From Barthelona sp. PCE (Eukaryota), in contig JAUFOR010000001.1 of assembly GCA_040285745.1 (NCBI GenBank), positions 248,001-312,000 of the forward strand: a DNA stretch of 64,000 nucleotides, given 5' to 3'. The notes under the pieces are model-generated. The model was not told the origin of the DNA. It made no database searches and saw nothing but the letters and a program-made list of their open reading frames with translations. Below, in pieces: positions 51,853 through 61,700 of this stretch (positions within the stretch are counted from its first letter, which is position 1; every line of letters begins with the position of its first letter). The position numbers and the translations under genes were made by a program.

Positions 51853-53385
51853 TTATTCCTCTTCCTCTTTATCCGAGAGCAGACGTCGACTCTGAACTTC
51901 ATTAACGAAATATAGACTGCTGACTTTAATATTCGACTTCCTATTACGACGCGGAAGTCTGATTCCAACGTAGTGACGGTGCGCTATGAGAGGTGGTGCA
52001 TACATACGCTTCCAAAATGAGGTTTTTGGCTGCAAAATAGGTAATCCTAATCGTCTCCTGCGCTTAAACGGACAGAGGCGGTGCTGTAAGTCATTAACAT
52101 TCAGAAACTCATGAATGAGCGTACTGTTATCGAAACCAATGAACTTAGTTCCGTTGGGATACCTAACTTCGAAAAGCTCAGGGTGATTATGGGCAGTAAT
52201 GATCTTAACACCGCAGCTGCGGTATCCCATCGCATTCGTGGGCAGTGACGGTACGATGTCACCAACATTCACCACTCGAAAGTACACCGGTATGATGTGG
52301 TTCATCACCTTGCACGCATTCTTGTTACCTATACGCGGCTGACCGAACGTGTAACACACAACCAAGGGCATGTCATCTGGGGGGATCTTGGCGTGAAATG
52401 GCGGAGGAGTCTTATCCAAAGCAGACACATCTGTGCCATCGGGGGCGAAGCTGTGCAGAAAGCTACTGAAGAATTCCTGGTGCGAAGATGCTCTGAACCG
52501 GTTCAAAATAAAGATACGCGATAGATGCATTGCACAAAGCGATGCATACGCTCCTCCTGCACTGTGGCCAGTGCACAAAACAGTTCTAAACCGAAAAATA
52601 GGCAGTGAGTCGGGAATGAAGCGCATGGACTGCTCATAGCATGGTTTTTCTGGGTGGATGTTTTGATCAATATCAACAATACAAACATTGTTGTCTTCTG
52701 TGTAACTTCTCCCAGCGTTTCGGTCGAGCAGGTCCTCCCACAGCTTGGCGGCGCACAACTCGTAGTTGCGAACATAACCATTGTGGAATTTAGCGCCTGG
52801 AACCGAGTCACAGTCTAATGCTGTCTGTACGTAGTCAAAATTAGTGCGCACGTTCATCTTGTCGGATGGATCTGTTCCCCTGAACGCGACGACATAGACA
52901 TCATCAATCTCTGCTGTGGCAAAAAAAACATGTGTGTTTTTAACATGATAAATGTTCACATTTTTTAGACCGAACCTTGATTGCTCCAGCATCCACAGCG
53001 TCGAAAACGGAGGTAAATACACAATAGAACTAAGATACATGAGCGCGTTCGCTAACCGAGGATCAAAAAATTTCCACTGCTTACGTGCTTCATATAAAAT
53101 GTTATGAGTACTTCGTGTCATCACGAGATTATTGAGCAGGAATAAGGGTTCGGTGATCAGGTATCTTAGCGATTCATAGACTGGATTTCCAAGAGCGGAA
53201 GGAGGTGGTCCGATCCCAGCATTTGGGGTTGCCAGTGTTGGCTTCACATTCTTTGTTCTTCTGCGCTCCTCTCTGGGTTTAACGCTCTTCACACCCTTCC
53301 CGTGATACAAGTGTTGCATAGAAGTTATTGAAAACGGCAGAATCAATTTCTTGGAAAGTTGGTAATAGGTCATTGTATTCGACAT
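51853..53385 (-). CDS. Class 3 lipase (alpha/beta hydrolase); start codon uncertain
   Basis: VVAFRGT, TGHSAGGA nucleophile motif, YTFGQPRIGN, RVVNVGDIVPSLP. Confidence 0.9.
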   Translation of the reverse strand: MSNTMTYYQLSKKLILPFSITSMQHLYHGKGVKSVKPREERRRTKNVKPTLATPNAGIGPPPSALGNPVYESLRYLITEPLFLLNNLVMTRSTHNILYEARKQWKFFDPRLANALMYLSSIVYLPPFSTLWMLEQSRFGLKNVNIYHVKNTHVFFATAEIDDVYVVAFRGTDPSDKMNVRTNFDYVQTALDCDSVPGAKFHNGYVRNYELCAAKLWEDLLDRNAGRSYTEDNNVCIVDIDQNIHPEKPCYEQSMRFIPDSLPIFRFRTVLCTGHSAGGAYASLCAMHLSRIFILNRFRASSHQEFFSSFLHSFAPDGTDVSALDKTPPPFHAKIPPDDMPLVVCYTFGQPRIGNKNACKVMNHIIPVYFRVVNVGDIVPSLPTNAMGYRSCGVKIITAHNHPELFEVRYPNGTKFIGFDNSTLIHEFLNVNDLQHRLCPFKRRRRLGLPILQPKTSFWKRMYAPPLIAHRHYVGIRLPRRNRKSNIKVSSLYFVNEVQSRRLLSDKEEEE

Positions 53386-53974
53386 CTCTTTCCATATTAG
53401 AAGAGTTCAGCGTACATTTGGCGAGATTCGGGCACATTTCACGTATGTATTCCACCATATCACTCTGACGAAAGCGGAAATTGAACGAATCAAAACAGTA
53501 AAAGGTGTGCAGATATTCCATGCAAATAGGTTTGGTGTTAAGATCAGCAACGATGCGGTTATATGAGACAGTAAGGCGTTCCAATTTGGGAAACATATGT
53601 AGGAAGTCGAAAGACCTGAGCTTATTGTGTGATAATAATAGCTTTGTAATGTTGTTTTCAGGAAATTCAATATCGCAGATCTCATTACTCGCCAGATCAA
53701 CGGTTTTCAGTGACTCAGGAACGAAATCGAACTTTATGCTGGTGATGGAATTTGCAAAAAGTGTTAGCATCTCGAGGTTGGGAAAACTATGCAGGAAAGT
53801 GCTACTTACATCACTGATGAAACTTCGGTCGACAACTAAAACTTTGCAATTTGGATATATCCCCGAGAAATTCTCAAGGTTCCCTATATTTGTCTGTGAG
53901 AACATAATCTCTTCCATATCATGGTTCAAAGTTTCTTCAGGTATATACTCCATTTCATTTCGTGTTGAAAGCAT
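53279..53974 (-). CDS. Leucine-rich repeat protein, 231 aa
   Basis: LTLFANSI, VDLASNEI, LLLSHNKL, LTVSYNRI, CPNL cap. Confidence 0.82.
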   Translation of the reverse strand: MLSTRNEMEYIPEETLNHDMEEIMFSQTNIGNLENFSGIYPNCKVLVVDRSFISDVSSTFLHSFPNLEMLTLFANSITSIKFDFVPESLKTVDLASNEICDIEFPENNITKLLLSHNKLRSFDFLHMFPKLERLTVSYNRIVADLNTKPICMEYLHTFYCFDSFNFRFRQSDMVEYIREMCPNLAKCTLNSSNMERDVEYNDLLPTFQEIDSAVFNNFYATLVSREGCEER

Positions 53975-54064
53975 TGTGAAAAGGAAGGAAGTAGTTGTAA
54001 CAAAAAATTTTTGACATATCTAAGGTTTATTATGGATGGGGAAATTGAATCAGTAAAGGGTATA

Positions 54065-57000
54065 TTACTCTTCAGCGTTTTGAACTTGGATGAGGGCATC
54101 CCATTGCTTCCATGTGTAGTCAACATCTTGTTGAAGACGATCTTGAAGCATCTGAGCACGTTCAGGTTCGCTACGCTCCAGTACAAGGAACCTGTTTTGA
54201 ATTTCAGTGAATTCACGAACAGGTTTTGAGGGTTTTCTGGAGTGAAGCTTAAGAGGCTTGGGGAGACGAGGATCTCTAGTCATCAAGGTCCAGAGACCGG
54301 TCTGACACATGAGATCAAGTGCAAGAGGGGAGTTAGCCATACCAGCGGCATGACCACGGATACCCCATGCAATACAGGGGCAAGCAGCAACAATAAGAGA
54401 TGGACCATCATAGCTGTCAGCATCGACAAATGCCTTCATAGCTTGTTGAGGTCTAGTATGTACTGCAATGGTTGAGACAAAGACATCAGGGTAGGTAGAT
54501 ACAATCATACGTGCAAGATCCTTGCGCATAGTATCCTTACCCTCTGAGCAGAACTTAGCGACTGCAGAACGGGATGTAGCCTTGGTGACTTGACCACCAG
54601 TGTTAGCATAGACTTCGTTCTGGAAGACCAAAACGTTAACGTTTTTACCGGAAGCGAGAATGTGATCAAGACCATCGAAATCGATATCGTAAGCAGCACC
54701 ATCGCCCATAAGGATCCAGTTAGACTTGGGAACAAAGAGATCAGAGTAGTCAACGAGCTTCTTGAGACTGGGAGAGGTGTGCTCAGCAAGTGTGTGTTGT
54801 ACCTTCTTGGCAATTGCAACCTTTCCTTCTCTATCTGCTTCCTTCCACTGAGTGAGGACCTCACGGAGGGGCTCGGGCATAGTCTCGTCCTCAACGGCTT
54901 CCTCAACGAAACCAACTAAACGACGCTGCTTCTGCTGAATGCCGAGGGCAGATCCAAGACCGAATGTTGTGACGTTCTCGAAGAGAGAAGACTGGGTGAC
55001 GGGACCATTGCCGTCCTCATCAACAGTGTAAGGATCAACGAGCATCTGGGAGTATATGAGCACACATCCAATGGCAATGCTCAACATGAGACGGTTGGAT
55101 CCAAAGATCTGCGTTAAGAGACGGACTGTGGATGCCTCAACACAACCGGGACAGGCACCACTAAATTGGAACACCTGGTCAAGGAACTGTGCATTCTTAA
55201 TGTTCTTGGCATCGCCAAATCCGTGGAGTGAGGGCTTGGCCTCCTTCTCGGTAAATTCGATAAGAGGTCTGTTCTGCTGAACGTGCTCCTCAGTGTTGTC
55301 AACCATAGTCAGGCAGTCCTTGGGGCACATCTTGGTACACACAGTGCAGCCCATACAGTCTTCAGTAAAGACCTGGATACGGTAGTCGAAGCCTTCATTG
55401 TTCTTACCACGCATGGGCATTGCATCCCAGCCTACAGGCGCGGCCTGTTCACTGGGGCAAACAGCTGGACGGATGGTAGCATGGGGGCATGAGTTGACGC
55501 ATCGACCGCACTGAATACAGTTGTCTTTCTCCCAAGTGGGGACCTTAACAGCGGTACGGCGCTTCTCCCATCTGGTAGTGTCTGTGGGCCATACACCAAG
55601 ATGGAAAGAGCTATCCTTTAGAACAGAAACGGGAACGTTAGGACCATCGAAACGAAGAACGGGCATGATGATGTTGTTCACAACGTCAGGAGCATCCTTG
55701 ATGACAAGGTTAAGTGTTGGATCGCACTCCATCCAGTGAGCGGGGAGCTCGAACTTATGGAGTCTCTCCAGAGATCCGTCGACGGCATCAATGTTCATAC
55801 GAACAATCTCAGGACCCTTAACAGAGAACATCTTAGTGATGGCATCCTTGAAAAGAGGAATAGCGGCTTCAACGTCCATCAACTTTGAGAGGGCGAAGAA
55901 AGCTGTTGTGAGGATGTTGTTAATACGTTGGGATCCAAGACCGACCTCCTCTGCGAGGGAGTGGGCATCGAGGAAGAAGATCTGGGCCTTCTTCTCAGCC
56001 AGAGAGCGTTTAACAGAATCAGGAATGAACTCATCAGCCTGCTCTGGAGTCCAGTCACAATTGATCAAGAAAATACCGCCAGGCTTGAGGTGATTTGTGA
56101 TGAGGTTAGGGTACAACTGCAGATATGCAGCTTTATGAATGGCAACGTAGGCAGCAGAATCCTTATCAACAAGGTAGGGGGCTCTGATTTCTTCCTTTGC
56201 GAAACGAATGTGTGAAATAGTTGTTCCGCTTGTCTTCTTTGCATCAAACACAAAGTAAGCCTGTGCGTTAAGCTCGGTCTGACTGGAAACAATAGCAGTC
56301 ATGTTACGGTTGGCAGAGATGGTACCATCACCACCGCAACCCCACACGACAGCCTCTGTGGTACCCTCAGGGAGGACATCAAAGGCCTGCTTGGGCATTT
56401 CGAGTCCACGACCATTAATATCATCGTAAATACCAATATTGAAATCGTGTTTGGGTAAATCCTGAGTCATGTTCTCAAACACACGGAGAACCATACCGGG
56501 GGTGAATTCGTAACCACTGATACCGTAAGTACCACCATACACCATAGGAACGGTCTTTCCGGTGTGCATTTGGCGTTGTAAGACACCGAGAACATCGGCG
56601 TAGACGGGTTGGACGGATGCACCCATTTCCCTGGTCTTGTCAAGGACTGTAATGCGCTTGCAAGATTCTGGAAGAACAGATAAAAAGTGTTTGGCGGAGA
56701 AAGGACGATAAAGGTGAATTGCAATAACACCAACCTTCTTTCCTTCCGCGACAAGACGCTTTACGGTTTCTTCAGTGGTGGAAGCACCTGAGCCCATCAT
56801 AACAACAACGTGCTCAGCTTCGGGGTGACCTGTGTAGTCGAAAGGCTTATAGAGCTTTCCGTCGAAAGCGGATTGGAACTTTGCAAAAACATCAGCGGCC
56901 TTGTCAGCAGCTTCGTCCCAGTAGTGGGAACCGGCTTCTGTGATCTGCCAGTGAATGGAATTGGTACAAGCAGGATTGCGAGATGAAGGGGTCTTGTTAG

Positions 57001-57622
57001 AGACACCACGGTTACGGTATTCATCAGCCTTATCGTGAGGGAAGACCTCTGAAATATCCTCTCTGCTGGGGACTTGAACATTGTTTACGGAACGACCAAT
57101 ACGGAGTCCATCAAAAAAGTGAACAACGGGAAGGTTACACTCAAGACCAATAGCCATTGCGCAAGCTGCGTGGTGGACAGCCTCCTGAGCGCTGTTACTG
57201 GAGAGCATAATTGCACCAGTTCTTGCGACAGTCATCACATCGGAGTGATCGCAGTCTAAAACACCGGAGTGTGTGCAAACACCACGAGAAGCAACATGAA
57301 AAACAACACCACCCGTGTAGGCACCAGCCATTTGATAAATGGAAGGAAGCATTAAAAGAAGACCCTGTGAGCAAGTGGCAGTCATGGTAAGACAACCTGC
57401 TTGAGTAGCACCAAGCATGGCACTGGCCACACCTTTCTCGGATTGCATCATGTTGTACTCAACAACCTCACCAAAAATGTTCTTGCGCTTAGCAAAGCAG
57501 AGCTTGTTGGCAGCTTCAGCAACACCACTGGATGGAGTAATAGGATATGCCATCACGACGTCGTTCTGGCCGTATGAGGCCTTACTGACAAGAGAATTGA
57601 TTTCAGCACACTCGTATGTCAT
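54065..57622 (-). CDS. PFO: Pyruvate:ferredoxin oxidoreductase (homodimeric NifJ/PFO type), divergent
   Basis: YPITPSS, MQSE.G, SQGLLLM, DHSDV, G.DGT.SAN, CIQCGRC...CP, CMGCTVC...CP, FSGACPGC, GDG.AYDI, EVYANTGGQ. Confidence 0.95.
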   Translation of the reverse strand: MTYECAEINSLVSKASYGQNDVVMAYPITPSSGVAEAANKLCFAKRKNIFGEVVEYNMMQSEKGVASAMLGATQAGCLTMTATCSQGLLLMLPSIYQMAGAYTGGVVFHVASRGVCTHSGVLDCDHSDVMTVARTGAIMLSSNSAQEAVHHAACAMAIGLECNLPVVHFFDGLRIGRSVNNVQVPSREDISEVFPHDKADEYRNRGVSNKTPSSRNPACTNSIHWQITEAGSHYWDEAADKAADVFAKFQSAFDGKLYKPFDYTGHPEAEHVVVMMGSGASTTEETVKRLVAEGKKVGVIAIHLYRPFSAKHFLSVLPESCKRITVLDKTREMGASVQPVYADVLGVLQRQMHTGKTVPMVYGGTYGISGYEFTPGMVLRVFENMTQDLPKHDFNIGIYDDINGRGLEMPKQAFDVLPEGTTEAVVWGCGGDGTISANRNMTAIVSSQTELNAQAYFVFDAKKTSGTTISHIRFAKEEIRAPYLVDKDSAAYVAIHKAAYLQLYPNLITNHLKPGGIFLINCDWTPEQADEFIPDSVKRSLAEKKAQIFFLDAHSLAEEVGLGSQRINNILTTAFFALSKLMDVEAAIPLFKDAITKMFSVKGPEIVRMNIDAVDGSLERLHKFELPAHWMECDPTLNLVIKDAPDVVNNIIMPVLRFDGPNVPVSVLKDSSFHLGVWPTDTTRWEKRRTAVKVPTWEKDNCIQCGRCVNSCPHATIRPAVCPSEQAAPVGWDAMPMRGKNNEGFDYRIQVFTEDCMGCTVCTKMCPKDCLTMVDNTEEHVQQNRPLIEFTEKEAKPSLHGFGDAKNIKNAQFLDQVFQFSGACPGCVEASTVRLLTQIFGSNRLMLSIAIGCVLIYSQMLVDPYTVDEDGNGPVTQSSLFENVTTFGLGSALGIQQKQRRLVGFVEEAVEDETMPEPLREVLTQWKEADREGKVAIAKKVQHTLAEHTSPSLKKLVDYSDLFVPKSNWILMGDGAAYDIDFDGLDHILASGKNVNVLVFQNEVYANTGGQVTKATSRSAVAKFCSEGKDTMRKDLARMIVSTYPDVFVSTIAVHTRPQQAMKAFVDADSYDGPSLIVAACPCIAWGIRGHAAGMANSPLALDLMCQTGLWTLMTRDPRLPKPLKLHSRKPSKPVREFTEIQNRFLVLERSEPERAQMLQDRLQQDVDYTWKQWDALIQVQNAEE

Positions 57623-58170
57623 TAAATGAGATGAAAATGTAAAATCGCTTCATTTCGATGTTTACTGTCGCTTTGAATGGGTGTTGCGCCTATATATAAG
57701 CCATTTAGCAACATCAATAATAGTAAAAACGACATTCTGGAGAGTCCACGAATTTCTCAGAAATTGATAAGCTCTCAGACAAATCGTTCTGGATACGAGT
57801 TATAATTTTCATCTTGTATCCAAATTGCGATGCTAAATTGTTGAATTGTAGTGATAATTCACTTAGGAGAAAAACAATGTAGAGTTGCATATATGAAAAA
57901 TTAGACTTTTGTGATGCATTAATTTGCAACAGAAAACTCAGGGAGATTTATTGCATAAACTAAATGTTGAACAATAATGATAAAAACTGAAGCAATACTT
58001 GTATGTGCTAGTAGTTAGTTTACTTGTTGGTTTGTGGTAAATATTCAATAGACATTCTTCATACCTGTTAATTAGTGTGAAATGTTAAATTGTGAAAACC
58101 TGATCAAATTATATAGTAAGTGAATTCCAACAAAGTAAACAATCAATCTTACACACCTTTATTATCACTA

Positions 58171-58668
58171 CTACACCTGATCTGAAACCCCATGTTGAGA
58201 TGCTTTGAGCAAGGGAAGATATTTCTGAAGCTCGAACATAAAGAATACTTCAATGGAAAATACGATAAACATAAGGATTGAAGATCCATTTCTTGATTTC
58301 TTATTAATGAAGAAATTACTCAAAGCTATCAAAGCTGTAACTAATCTATAGTAAAAGATATAGACAATATGCTTAATATTTGAACCGTTTTTTAGGGTAA
58401 GCAGGCATACCCACTCAACAAATGCCATAAAACAAATAAATAATAGGCTGGCAACCATCATTAAACTGAAATTTGTAAAAATCATCATTAAAACTACAAG
58501 AGCTAGGAAAGAATATGAAAATGCTCTTATGTATGTGAGAAATAGGCCTATCCATTGACCTCTACGGCATTTTTGAAATAATTTCTCTGGGTTAAGAACG
58601 TTAGACATTCTACTAAGTTGATTATTTGTTACATTGCCCTCTTCATCGATATTAACGTAGTCAGACAT
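58171..58668 (-). CDS. Hypothetical small multi-pass membrane protein
   Basis: 165-aa ATG ORF with about 4 hydrophobic segments and an upstream TTTCAC motif. Confidence 0.6.
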   Translation of the reverse strand: MSDYVNIDEEGNVTNNQLSRMSNVLNPEKLFQKCRRGQWIGLFLTYIRAFSYSFLALVVLMMIFTNFSLMMVASLLFICFMAFVEWVCLLTLKNGSNIKHIVYIFYYRLVTALIALSNFFINKKSRNGSSILMFIVFSIEVFFMFELQKYLPLLKASQHGVSDQV

Positions 58669-58734
58669 GAATGAACTTTTTTAAAAAAAGTGAAATTGGA
58701 CGAAATTGGAAAAATAAAATCGTTTACATGATAA

Positions 58735-61700
58735 CTAGTTGGTTGCCCAACCGGAAAGTGCCACAATACCGGCATGTGAATTATGAGGTTCCACAAATGA
58801 TGAGTCAAGTACAAGAACTGAGTTCAGATTTCTAACCATATTAACCATAGGGGAAGCCAATTTAATACTTGTTGTTGTGACAGGATGTTTTTGTAAGACC
58901 TGATGCCTACAGATTCTTACTTGTGCTAATGGTAGATGTGTGTTGTTGATCATTGAAGGTAAGAAGTTCATGTGAACCCATTCATCATTACCCTCTTTTT
59001 TCTCCTCATAGCTGATACACACACCGTTGATTGGGAACTGATCGATTGTTAAGTATGACTTCGAAAGAACACCATCACCAATGAGACCTGCAATCTCACC
59101 TCTAATGTTTTCTTTGAGAACCACAACCATATCGAACTCATAATCTATTTTTTTGAACTCAGGGAGAAGATAGTGCATGAAGAAAGTTGGGAATATCGGA
59201 TTGGCACGTCCGCAATATGGGTGATCAATAAGGACGTCGGAAAGCATTGACGTTTCGATATTGTCACCGCATATCTTACTCAACAGATCCTTGATGCTCT
59301 TGATTTGCATCTGTATGTCACCGATGAAATCGTGAAGTGGATAACGCAACATCTCAGACTTCGAATACGACATGGAATAGCTTGAACAAAATCCATCGCT
59401 AGTGGGATTTAGCAATGCAATGACGTTGTTTGGAATGAGATCGTTGAGATAAGTGTACATAAGTGCATATACCTCATCAGAACATGGCTGTTTCAAAGCC
59501 TTGAGAGCATCCAGAATTTTGTTACAATCATTGATCAGCTCCTGACGAATAATCTTAATTGAAGAGACAAGATTAAAGACGATTGTAGCCAAAGGATGTG
59601 AAGAAATACGTGCATACTCTTCTCTTGTAATTGAAAGTTTATCATTCAATGAAATTGAAATGAAATTCACTAGATTTTGCAAACGATCAAATAATGAAAG
59701 GGTGGATGTTCTATTGTTATCTGGAAGGTGTGCTCTGAAAGTAATACCAGCTGAATTGGCAAATTTAATACTTTCATTAAGAATTAATGGATTGTCGTTC
59801 TGCAAAGCTGTGATGCCATTAATGAAATCAATCATTTTGCTTGATGACAACCACTTCATCAATTCAGGCATGGGAATCTCCACAACCTTTGATTCTAATG
59901 GGAAAATAAATACACTCTTCACCACAGAGTCGAATGAAGAATTAATGAGATCAACTACGTCCATTATTTGATGTGGATGACATTTAACAGGAAGCATTGA
60001 TCGATACGTGTTATCCTTGATGTCTTCCATCACGTTAACAGGGCCAATGCGGTGGAAAAGATTAACCTGTGGACGTGAACCAATTCTTGGCATGTTAAGC
60101 TGCATCAATGAAAGCGAAACCATGGTGTTGAAAGTAAAACCACCACATGTTTGTTGGTATAAAATGGTTTTTTCAGTAAAATGAACTTGGTGACTAACCA
60201 ACGACCAAATAACGTTCGAGAGCCACAATCTCTTGAGTTCTTGTGGTGATGATAGAATTGTCTCATCATACAAGTGTCCGTCATTGGCAATTAATGATTT
60301 GATTAAGATTGCTGGCTTTATCTGTGAGATAGAGTGTACATCACAGAACAAAACTACTTTTGACGTGGCAGGGAGATCACATAATACTCGTAATACTTCC
60401 TTACTATCCAGTTGTGCTGATGTGATTCCAAATATTGGCTGAGATTGAATTATTTCATCTGTTACATCATCAATCTTATATGTATTCATCATCCCACCAA
60501 TTATAGACATATATCTGGAACTAATAACGTAAGATGAGTACTCACCGAAATCGATACCAGCTTCAGACAGTCTGATATAGCATTCCAGACCCAGCAATCC
60601 CTTTAGACTATTCAAACAAACAAATTGAGAGAGCATATCGAAGATTCCATCTGGTTTGAGCATGATGAACAGAAGAGTATACGTAAAATGATCTAAATGC
60701 TGTAATTCTTGTGGGATATGATCATAATCAATTGGAGCATTAAGGTCTATGTTGCAAAAGAAAGATCCCTCGATGAAATCAACTGTTTGATCATCAAACA
60801 TCTCAGGGAACGTATTGAACAGCATGTCAAAATCGCACTCACCAGAAAATAATTTCATGACAAGAGCAAACTGCACTTTTTTAACAATTTTCATGTTCTT
60901 AAGGAAAGACATAGCAAGCAAAAGACGATCACGAGTACGTGGTATACGTGAAAACACGTCCAATACAATTTTAGAGATGAGCTTATCAAGGAAAGTTTGA
61001 TCACCATCCTCACTTCGGTCACCCTTTAACACATGTTCATTGATCATCTTAAAATAACCTTCAACACGGGGTACTAGATGGAAAATTTGAGATGACTCCT
61101 GGACAAAAGCTATTGATGCTTGCATAGATGAAACTACATTGCAAAAGTAAGCGTATTTGTCAATAGAATAATCAAGAATAGTACCGCTCAATGTATTAAA
61201 TACATCAAGAATACTACCCGATTCTATGAACTCCTCTTTCAGAGTTTTGAGCTGATTTGCAAGAGATTGAACATCTTTATGGTCAGTAGACCTTTTATAA
61301 CCCTTGATTTTATCAATGATCTTTTCAGAAAGCTCCGATCTTTGCTTTTTAAACTTATGCATAAGACCTACATTGATACGCATTAGTTCCCACACATCAG
61401 GTTCGTATTTCTCAATCATCTTTAGAGAATATATACGAATGAGAGTGTCATGATTAATGTCAAAGTAATTAAAATTGTAATTGCAAAGTTTAGCCGAATA
61501 AAAACTAGAATGTGTTGAAGATTGCATTGTTTGAATAAAGATCTTTGAAGTGGAGGGAAGTTCAATGGTTGTCCCATTGTATTGGAGCAGTTTCATTGAT
61601 TCATCCTTCTGTTGTAATACATCTAATAAATCATAGATGAATTCTGGTAAAGGAATCAAGAGATCAATTTGTTTTAGTACAACAACCTTACCTTCCTTCA

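Noticed and set aside
53273-53308. Possible 36-nt intron (GTATCA...AACCCAG, minus) joining the LRR gene to the lipase
   Set aside because: Poor match to the branch consensus, and a 3n length would not shift into the lipase frame
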